DNA of 64,000 nt. Source: an uncultured virus (IMG/VR IMGVR_UViG_3300032233_002452). Lineage: Duplodnaviria > Heunggongvirae > Uroviricota > Caudoviricetes. The position numbers and the translations under genes are program-made. Under the pieces are notes generated by a model. That model saw only the letters and a list, made by a program, of their open reading frames with translations. It did not search any database and was not told where the DNA came from. This document shows, piece by piece, positions 9,384 to 17,900 of the stretch. The first letter of the stretch is position 1, and every line of letters begins with the position of its first letter. The stretch is taken from IMG/VR virus record IMGVR_UViG_3300032233_002452. One strand, written 5' to 3'.

Positions 9384-10496
9384 TTATAACTCCGCTGATG
9401 CTGTTGCATGAAACTCATATGTTTGAGCTGCTACACCATTTGTTGATGTCTGAATATAACTAAGCAAAGAATTTGTGCCGTGGTTTTGTACACTAGATAC
9501 TGTAATTGTGGATCCAGAATTACTATAAACATTAATTCTGTCTGCGGTTCCTGTTTGTGAGTATAAAGTCACGGTTGGAGTTACCCTCATTGATACTGGC
9601 AATCTTGGATTAAATGCTTTTAATCTAGATAAAGTCCCGTCTGCTAAAGTCTCACAATATACGCTGCCTACAGATGTACTTGTACCAACAGCAACATCGG
9701 TATTATATGTTTTATAAAAATATCTCTGACACATTGCAAGTTCTTGTCCAAAGGGGCGGTATTCAAAACTTGAGGCCGTAGAACCTCTTTCCAATTGAAC
9801 ACCAGTAAATGCCCATGTAGCTCCAGTTGTAGCAACTACAGAAGTACCTCCTATTGCACCACGATAATCACCAGCAGCCCAAGCACCAGCAGTTCCTTGA
9901 AGTGTAGAGCCACAACCCATATCCCAATAAACAAGCATGCCAGTACCATTTGTTGCACCGACCCAAGTTCCTGATGTATCACCTGGAATTGTTATTGTTT
10001 CATACTCCCAAGTATTTGCTGAGTTTATGGTATATGTGAATGGGTAAGAACGGTCTTGTGCAGAATTTTGTATTGAACCACCAAAAGTACCAGTTAAACT
10101 AGAACGAACCCAAAATGATAATGTTATAGTTTTAGCGTTTACACTTCCCCAACCAAAATCGGCGGTGTTATAACCTTCAATTTTTTGAATTAATTGTGCT
10201 CTAGTGGAAGCACCTGATGCTGAGCCACTTGTTATTGTATAGAGTAAAGAAGCAGAAAAACCTACAGGTGAATTACTACTTTGAGCCAAAGTTCCTGTTG
10301 CAGAGCCGTTAGTAAAATATGAATATCTGTCAACAGAGTAAATTGTATTGTTGTTGGAAGCAACATTAGCTCCAGCATTCCTCTGGTCAACAGTCATGGC
10401 TCCGTTTATAATTCGATTTCTAAAATGAGTCCAACCAGACGATACTGTTGAGCCGTCATCGAATGCGATATTACTTCCGCTGTATGATACAGTCAT
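9384..10496 (-). CDS. Putative receptor-binding/tail fibre protein, paralog 4
   Basis: RNRIINGAMTVDQR...FTGVQLERG...CQRYF...AEL. Confidence 0.75.
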   Translation of the reverse strand: MTVSYSGSNIAFDDGSTVSSGWTHFRNRIINGAMTVDQRNAGANVASNNNTIYSVDRYSYFTNGSATGTLAQSSNSPVGFSASLLYTITSGSASGASTRAQLIQKIEGYNTADFGWGSVNAKTITLSFWVRSSLTGTFGGSIQNSAQDRSYPFTYTINSANTWEYETITIPGDTSGTWVGATNGTGMLVYWDMGCGSTLQGTAGAWAAGDYRGAIGGTSVVATTGATWAFTGVQLERGSTASSFEYRPFGQELAMCQRYFYKTYNTDVAVGTSTSVGSVYCETLADGTLSRLKAFNPRLPVSMRVTPTVTLYSQTGTADRINVYSNSGSTITVSSVQNHGTNSLLSYIQTSTNGVAAQTYEFHATASAEL

Positions 10497-10506
10497 GTCT
10501 TAACCT

Positions 10507-10680
10507 TTAATTAATCTCTGCCAACTGCTCATCAGTTGGTCTTTGTAATGTTGGGTGTTCCCATTTGGCAATGTAATCGCCACGTTCATCACCATCGTTT
10601 TGCAATGTGATTGTACCAAATGCAAAATCGGTAAATGTTAATTCTGGATAAATTGTTTTAATTTTTTCTACTAATGTCAT
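10507..10680 (-). CDS. XkdW-like small fibre-associated protein (57 aa)
   Basis: Hand-translated MTLVEKIKTIYPEL...LQNDGDERGDYIAKWEHPTLQRPT. Confidence 0.75.
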   Translation of the reverse strand: MTLVEKIKTIYPELTFTDFAFGTITLQNDGDERGDYIAKWEHPTLQRPTDEQLAEIN

Positions 10681-11219
10681 TATGCAGTCCTTGCCATATA
10701 ACCATTAAACCAAGTTGCACTACTTCCAAAACCAATTGATGCAGAAGCGCTAGATATGTATCCGTACAATTCTACATAATCAGTAGTTCCATTTAGATAC
10801 ACTAAAGTTGACACACCAAAACAATCAGCTGCAATATAATAATTGCCATTAAAATAAAGTTGAGTACCTTGTTTAAATATAGAACCATTTTTGTATAGTG
10901 CTGCAATTTTTAAAGCACAAGCTGCCCCATTTCTTAAATATAAAGTTCCATTAATCTGATAATATCCAGCAACAGTAGGTGTAAATCGACCTGAAGAAAA
11001 GTTACTATTAGTATCATATTCTTCTGTATCTAAGAGCGCCTTTGTCCAAACATCACCTGTGATTGATTGGTTTGCGCTACCATTTACTTGATACGCAGCA
11101 AACGCAGGACCATTTCCAACAACGTTTGCTGCCAAATCTTCTTGAATAATAGATGCATTTGGCAATCCACCAGGAGTTAAACCTGTAACGTTACCGTCTC
11201 CATTAAGAACTAATGGCAT
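10680..11219 (-). CDS. C1q-like domain fibre protein
   Basis: PAFAAY...EEYDTNSNF..GRFTPTVAGYYQ...LNGTTDYVEL. Confidence 0.75.
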   Translation of the reverse strand: MPLVLNGDGNVTGLTPGGLPNASIIQEDLAANVVGNGPAFAAYQVNGSANQSITGDVWTKALLDTEEYDTNSNFSSGRFTPTVAGYYQINGTLYLRNGAACALKIAALYKNGSIFKQGTQLYFNGNYYIAADCFGVSTLVYLNGTTDYVELYGYISSASASIGFGSSATWFNGYMARTA

Positions 11220-11376
11220 CTAATTGCTCCTGTGTTGGTTGTGCAAGTGTTGGATGTTCCCACTTGGATATGTAGTCACCTTGGCCATTGCTATCGTTTT
11301 GTAATGTAATAACAGTAATAAAATCTCTGTTAGTCAATTCGGGATAAATTGATTTAATTTTTTCGTATAATGTCAT
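11203..11376 (-). CDS. XkdW-like small fibre-associated protein (57 aa)
   Basis: Hand-translated MTLYEKIKSIYPEL...LQNDSNGQGDYISKWEHPTLAQPT; paralog of 10507-10680. Confidence 0.75.
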   Translation of the reverse strand: MTLYEKIKSIYPELTNRDFITVITLQNDSNGQGDYISKWEHPTLAQPTQEQLDAISS

Positions 11377-11909
11377 CATGCAGCCTTAACTAAAATGCCT
11401 TGAAACCAACTATATTCAATTTGCGTACCATAAACGGTTGCCCCAGCGCCACTAATGTAAACATATAACTCAGTATAATCAGTTGTTCCATTAAGATATA
11501 TTAGTGCTGCTCCGTTGACGTATGATTCACCATTAGTAACTGAAATTCCACTAGAGCGTTTTTGTCTGACACCATTTTTATAAATGTCACAAAGATTCAA
11601 AGATGTTGAGACACCGCCAATATCTAACTGCCAATTGAACTGATAATAACCGGCAACTGTTGGTGTGAAACGACTGGTACTGGTGTCATAGTTACTATTT
11701 GTATCAAATTCTTCTACATTAAAAGTTACTTTTGTAAAAGTGCTACTAGCAGTACCTGTTTGGTTTGCGCTTTTATAAGCACTAAACGCAGGAATGTTTC
11801 CGTATGTTCCTAATGTGACACCATTCTGTTGAATGTTTAGTGGACCAGTTCCGTCAGCAAAAAATGTTGAACCTAGTACACCAGTTGTTGTTGTATTAAT
11901 TAATGCCAT
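11376..11909 (-). CDS. C1q-like domain fibre protein
   Basis: PAFSAY...RFTPTVAGYYQ...LNGTTDYTEL; paralog of 10680-11219. Confidence 0.75.
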   Translation of the reverse strand: MALINTTTTGVLGSTFFADGTGPLNIQQNGVTLGTYGNIPAFSAYKSANQTGTASSTFTKVTFNVEEFDTNSNYDTSTSRFTPTVAGYYQFNWQLDIGGVSTSLNLCDIYKNGVRQKRSSGISVTNGESYVNGAALIYLNGTTDYTELYVYISGAGATVYGTQIEYSWFQGILVKAA

Positions 11910-11910
11910 A

Positions 11911-12126
11911 TTATAGAACCGTCCATTTCTGACCTGTTGGTACTGTGATTGCCTTACCGTTTAAAATGGTAATAGGACCAACAGACATAGCATTGTTACC
12001 ACCAGTTAGTGTGTAACTGTTGTAAACTGTATTGGCATTTTCCAACATAGCAACACCGGTTTGAAACGCTGTGTTAGCGCTACCACCAGTACCCCAAATG
12101 CCACCTTGAACTCTAGTAAGTGCCAT
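11911..12126 (-). CDS. Small fibre adaptor-like protein
   Basis: C-terminal NAMSVGPITI..ITVPTGQKWTVL matches the end of 4694-5116. Confidence 0.65.
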   Translation of the reverse strand: MALTRVQGGIWGTGGSANTAFQTGVAMLENANTVYNSYTLTGGNNAMSVGPITILNGKAITVPTGQKWTVL

Positions 12127-12134
12127 TTTTATCC

Positions 12135-12461
12135 TTAAGCGATTTCAAGTAAAGAAACAATCACATCTACTGAGCCGTTGGCGCTTGTAGTGATTTTCAC
12201 ACTATCTGCTGCCTGTAAAACAACTTTCTGGTCACCACCGATAGGAACTAAGGTAGACCCTGTGAGGATTGGCGCATTAGATATAATTGAGTAATCTACT
12301 GATGAACGAGTTAAGAAAACGTTTGCTGTAACGGTACCAGCACCTTTGTTTGAAAGTGTCATACCGATAAGCGTTGTCTGTGTTGCACTTGGCGTAGTGT
12401 AGATTGTGTTACCACTAGTTACAATATTTGCCGCAACGTTACTTTTGAAGGTGTTTGCCAT
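12135..12461 (-). CDS. Conserved phage virion protein
   Basis: 108 aa, MANTFKS...KVVLQAADS...SLLEIA; TAAATA upstream. Confidence 0.65.
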   Translation of the reverse strand: MANTFKSNVAANIVTSGNTIYTTPSATQTTLIGMTLSNKGAGTVTANVFLTRSSVDYSIISNAPILTGSTLVPIGGDQKVVLQAADSVKITTSANGSVDVIVSLLEIA

Positions 12462-12488
12462 TTTTTATATTTTCCTTGATATTCTTAT

Positions 12489-13229
12489 TTATCCAAGTGC
12501 GATGGCCATAACGATTGCTTGACCAGCAGGTTCGAACTGAAATACTGAATTACCAGTAATACGTTCAATATTTGCATTATTCGATACATTCACATTCACT
12601 ACATTCATTACACTATTAGGTTTGCCTTCTAGTGTCCGGAAGTAGATTGTATTTGCATTAATGTTATCTAAGTTGGTGTTACCACGTACGGTTAAATCAC
12701 CATTAATAATCGTATTACCACCAACATATAGGTCTGAACCTACATTTAGTGTCGTGCCAACTCTTGCGTTATTTGATACGTTGATTGTGTTGGCAGTAAT
12801 ATCACGTAAGTTGGCATTATTGCCAGTAATCGTGCCACCAAATGTGATGTTCCCTGATACTTCTAGGTCATTGAAACCAATTGCATCAAGTTGAATATTA
12901 CCACCAACATACAAGTTGCCAGTAATATTAGTATCACCATAGACCCAAAGGTCGTCACCAATCCATGCATCAGTTGTTACATTAAGTGATGCAACATTAT
13001 TTAGAATTGTTACATTACCTAATGTTGCAGAATTTGCATATAACACGTTAATGCCAGCGGATGTGCGGACATTAAGAATTGCACCTGTACCAGAAACTTG
13101 AAGTTTTGTATTGGCGACAAAGGTCGCACCGTTACCATCAGTAAGGTTGTTCGCAACCGTAATTAATTCTTGGGTGGCAATCAACCATTGTTGAAACGTA
13201 TTGCCAGTATTGACTTGTTTAATTGCCAT
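12489..13229 (-). CDS. Fibre-like protein with beta-helix repeats
   Basis: NTFQQW N-terminus, repeated L.V.G.....G units, AIVMAIALG C-terminus. Confidence 0.65.
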   Translation of the reverse strand: MAIKQVNTGNTFQQWLIATQELITVANNLTDGNGATFVANTKLQVSGTGAILNVRTSAGINVLYANSATLGNVTILNNVASLNVTTDAWIGDDLWVYGDTNITGNLYVGGNIQLDAIGFNDLEVSGNITFGGTITGNNANLRDITANTINVSNNARVGTTLNVGSDLYVGGNTIINGDLTVRGNTNLDNINANTIYFRTLEGKPNSVMNVVNVNVSNNANIERITGNSVFQFEPAGQAIVMAIALG

Positions 13230-13462
13230 TAATTACCTCTGTTTTGTGCGAGACTACGCAACAAACTTTTAATTTCCAACATATCTTCTTCTATTCTATT
13301 CAATCGTTCATGCGTTTCGGTAACTTCTTTTTTCTGACGATTAAATATATTTTTACGCATACGATATGAATTGTATGCTTCACTATTGGTATTTAGAAGA
13401 GCTTTGGAGTTAATATCTCTCAAAAGCGATTCATTTTCAGTTTGTACAGTTTGCGTTTCCAT
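13229..13462 (-). CDS. Hypothetical protein, coiled-coil C-terminus
   Basis: 77 aa, LLRDINSKALLN motif; coupled to neighbours. Confidence 0.65.
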   Translation of the reverse strand: METQTVQTENESLLRDINSKALLNTNSEAYNSYRMRKNIFNRQKKEVTETHERLNRIEEDMLEIKSLLRSLAQNRGN

Positions 13463-14985
13463 TATGGTGCCAATGCCAATGTTCTAAAATCTCTAATTAA
13501 AGGAACGAATGTTGGGTCAGATGTTGTCATAACAATCTTAATTGCAAACGTTTTGAAAGTATCATATGTTGCATTATTTGAACCAACATATTGACAGTCT
13601 GTTGTGAACGGCAAGTATAGGTACTCACGGTAGTCACCGACATATTTTGATTTGATTGTGTTCGGTATTGTTTCATTACCTGTCTGAACACATTTCATAC
13701 GAACATATGGACGGTCATCAAAGTTGTCACCATCTTCTGCGGCTAAAACTTTGTAGTAAACTTCAATGCTTGTTTGTGAAGGATTGTATGCAGACATATA
13801 AACACGTAACATGTTTGCATCAAAACCATCTTGTAGTACAACTCGGCGTGTAATATAACGTGCCTTTGCATTGCCACCACGAGCAGCAACTTCATTTGCA
13901 ATTCTAACTGTAGCACCAGTACCGCCGCCACCAGTTACGGTTGCGGTAATAGCATCAACATAACCTAAACCTGGTGCATCAACTTTAATGTCAACAATTT
14001 GACCTGTTACAACATTTGCAACAGCATATGCGTTTGCACCAGAGCCTTTTGCGGAAGTAATTGTAATAGTTGCATTGCCACTAAATCCTGAACCTGGATT
14101 TGTAATTACAATGTCACCTGGATGAATTTCTGCATTATCAATAACGTTTTCAATCGCAACGATAGAAACACGTTCAATATCGATAACAGGAGAAACAGTA
14201 TCATCAGAGGTAACAAATTCTGTTTTTAGAATGTATGCACCATTATTGGCAGTTAAAACTTTACGTTCATCTAAGTAATAATTTTCACCAACGGTTGCAT
14301 CAGCAAAGTCAGCATCGAAAGCACCAGTTGCATTTGATGTTGCCTTGTCGTAATAGAGAATATCGGTATCTTTGAATACCAATTCTTGTGTTGTAATTTT
14401 GCGTAAATCGTAAACTGTGTTAGCAGTTGCAGCTTTACTATTAAGTTGTAGAACTGTGGTACCGGTTGTAAACTTACAACGATTCAAACGGAACATTAAG
14501 TCTAATTCTTGATATGGTGTATATGTTGAACCGTTTTGTGATTTAAAGAATGCACCAGCATATGGCTGTTCAGAAATCAAACGGTCAGAACCATCCAAAC
14601 GTGTCTTACCTAATTCGGCAATATAGACAGAGTATGAATCTGAGTTTGTGTAAAGAACGATTGAATGTTCACCTGGTTGTAAATAAACTGGTGCAGAAAA
14701 TTTAAATCTTGTGTACTTTGTGTTATCGCTGAACGTAGGTACATTACCATCAATACCACTAACTGTGTTTATGTCTAACGATTGTTTAACAACCTCACCA
14801 AATGGGTAAATTGTTGTTGAGTGTGGATATCCATTAACAGTAGGACGTAACTGAAGTGTGAATGGTAAATATGTGATAGTATCTTTTTTCTTAAAACACA
14901 AGTCGATACTATCCGCAAACATACCCTTAGGATATTTTTGAGCGTCAACAAAGAACGTTTGTGCAACTGGGTCAATATTAGACAT
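13462..14985 (-). CDS. DUF4815/VrlC-type virion protein, C-terminal portion
   Basis: DPVAQTF start, GAFFKSQNGSTY, FKTFAIKIVM...P.IRDFR end. Confidence 0.7.
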   Translation of the reverse strand: MSNIDPVAQTFFVDAQKYPKGMFADSIDLCFKKKDTITYLPFTLQLRPTVNGYPHSTTIYPFGEVVKQSLDINTVSGIDGNVPTFSDNTKYTRFKFSAPVYLQPGEHSIVLYTNSDSYSVYIAELGKTRLDGSDRLISEQPYAGAFFKSQNGSTYTPYQELDLMFRLNRCKFTTGTTVLQLNSKAATANTVYDLRKITTQELVFKDTDILYYDKATSNATGAFDADFADATVGENYYLDERKVLTANNGAYILKTEFVTSDDTVSPVIDIERVSIVAIENVIDNAEIHPGDIVITNPGSGFSGNATITITSAKGSGANAYAVANVVTGQIVDIKVDAPGLGYVDAITATVTGGGGTGATVRIANEVAARGGNAKARYITRRVVLQDGFDANMLRVYMSAYNPSQTSIEVYYKVLAAEDGDNFDDRPYVRMKCVQTGNETIPNTIKSKYVGDYREYLYLPFTTDCQYVGSNNATYDTFKTFAIKIVMTTSDPTFVPLIRDFRTLALAP

Positions 14986-17900
14986 TAGTATTCCCGATAA
15001 ACTTATTCACAATTTTTGATTTGATAAAATTTTTAATTTTTTCAAATGGTGTTGTAACGGCAGTCAAGGCCATTGTTACAAAATAGAAGAATGACAATGT
15101 GAAGAAGATTGTGTAACCTTTCAACAATGTGTCCTCTTTATCTAGGCGAGGATTAATCCAACCAATCAAGGCACAGATAGGTAAACCAATACCCATCATA
15201 ATCTTACCAGCAAGGTTAGATTCTTTACGCACCTTCATCATGCAGGCCATTTCTTCTGCCCATGGACGTGCCATCTTGTTAGCATACTTGATGACGAAAT
15301 TCTTTTGAATCTCTGTACGGTTTGTTTGGTCTGGCCAGAAGAAACCTAGGTTAGGACCTTTGCCTTCCATCCAGTCAACAACTGTCTGAGCCCAATACAC
15401 ATAACCTTTATAGGTCATTGGGTATCTACGTTTCAACATAACACCGAAACGTTGGTCAGCAGTATTGATATCATTCTCAAAGTAACCAAGTTTGTTCAAC
15501 TTAGCACAGATAATCTTACAGTCATCACCACCTGGTGCAGGAGTTTCGTCCCGCACAAGAATACCTGATTGAGTAACAACAGGGTCAAGTACTGCATAAC
15601 GTGGTGCAGAAGTTTGTGATGCTGACAACTGTTTAGTTTGCAATGTAGGTACACGTACAGAAACAGAAACTTCTTCAACAGTATTTAACAGGCCGTTGGC
15701 ATGAAAATAAGCATCAGCAAACGATGTAATATTATCTATGTTATTGTTTGTATCATTACAAATACGAATCAAACGAGAACCGGTACGGAAACGTAAACCG
15801 GATTGTTCATATGACGGGAAGTGTACACGAGCAGGTGCAACACCAAAGTCATTGGTGTATAAGTTACCTACAGTATAAATTGATGTACTGTCAGGAATAA
15901 TTGTCCATGCTGCGCTGATTGTTGCAACTTTAGTTGAACCGTTATATGCAGTAATTGTACGAGTTTGACCTAGACCTTTACCAGCAATAATCTTAATGTA
16001 CTTGTAACCACGAATCTCATCTTGGTCTGCCTTGTCCATCACTTTCAAGCCAGTTGATGGCCAGTTGATGGTTGGGAACACAGCAGAGAAATTACTATAC
16101 CAGTTATTATATGGCATACCGTTTGTAAGTGTGATTGTTGTGCTACTAGCGGTAGTAACACCACCTGTACAGATTACAGGAATATCAATTTTAGCGGTTG
16201 CACCAGATTTTGCGCCAGTTACAGTATCATTTGCAGCAAAAGTACCTGATACATCAACCAAGTATATACGAGCTTGATTCAATGACCATGAACGGCCGCC
16301 TTGGAAAATAACAGTACCACGACCACCTGAAGATGATGTAACAGTTTCATATTCACCAAACTTATCATGGAAGTTACTTGTTGCATTATACAAATACAAA
16401 CAAGCAGGACGTTCAATAAAATCATTAATTTTAATATCATCAAAGAATATATGAATGCGTTCGTTTGAACGTAAGTTCTTAGCAACAGCAATAACTTTCT
16501 GAGCACGAATATACGGAATAACAGACAAATCAACTTGACGATTACCAATAGATTTGGTAATAGTTTCTGGCACCATAATTTGTTGTGTACCAGAACGTGT
16601 TTGTTGTAATGTGAATTGTTGAGTTACACGTTCTGAAACATCTCTTATGACCAAGTTACTGTTGTTCGGGTCACGGTATTCATCACCATTAATTGTTTGA
16701 ACACTATAGCGGTCATTAGTAACAGTCTTGCTACCAGCAACATCTTCCCAGTTATTCCAGTTTTCACCCCAGCCTGGTAGGTTAGAACGTGGGTCATTCA
16801 ATGCTTTACCAATTGCGTCCCATGCATCATTACTACCTTGTAGGTTAACAAGAACATCAGGGTTCTTCTTAGTATCAACCCAAGTATCAGATGCAGGTGT
16901 TAAATCAATAGAACCAACATAGTTGGTCATAGTAAATGGGTTAACTAAAATTGCGTTACTTGCAATGTCTTGTACAATTGCAGCTTCAGAAATAAATGAT
17001 GTAGTAGCAATAGAACCAGCAGAAATATTTGAAGTAGTATTGTTTGCATCAATAACAAATGCGTGTGAGGTTGGAACAAACGGTGGACGTAGTTCACCTT
17101 TTGATTTGTCTACTGAACAACGATATTCGAAGTTGGATACGTCACCGACACCGTGGCCACGGAAATTATCAACAAGAATACCATTCTTAAATCTTTCCAG
17201 TCCATTCTCATCAAGTACTGTTGTATCAGCAGCAGTCTTTTCTAATGAGTTTAAAGATGTGTAATATTCAAGGTTATCAATACGTTTTTCTAAACGTCCA
17301 ATGTCTTTCATTGTGTAACGTTTGTTTTCAACGTAACGCACAACAGTATCATTAGGGAAGAATGTGTATGGTGACAAGAGAATTGTGTATAATGCCATAG
17401 CATTATCTGGTGTCACAGGAGTTTGTGCATTAACAGCAGGCAAACCTTTGATGACTTGGAACTCACGTTCCGCTTTCAATACAACCTTGTCGATGCGTGG
17501 AACGTAATAACTGTAATCTGAAGTTAGACTCTCATCAGCTTTAGGAATAGCAACACCATTCAATGTAAAGTTAGGTGTTACATTAACCGCATTTGCACGA
17601 ATTGGTCGGAAGTCAATACAATCACGTAAATTATAAATTGTACCTGATGTAGGACTTGTGTATTTTGGAATCTTTGCGTAACGAACGTCAGCAGTTGCTC
17701 CCAAATTAATGTGTGTATACGAATCTACTGAACAGTAACCGTCACCAACATGTGTGAAGTAGTTAACAAGAACTAGAATCTGACCAGTAGGAGGCAATGA
17801 ACCTGGACGCAACGTGATGGCACCATGGTCATAATAGTTGTCACGTTGACCATCATCTAAGATGTATCGGTCAGTAATGTCTCTAGATGAACTTGCCATG

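Noticed and set aside
1553..11909. Diversity-generating retroelement or shufflon behind the fibre paralogs
   Set aside because: No reverse transcriptase or invertase, no adenine-specific TR/VR pair, all cassettes co-oriented
14978..15530. Intein/Hint domain in the giant virion protein
   Set aside because: No recognisable block B TxxH or terminal HN motif
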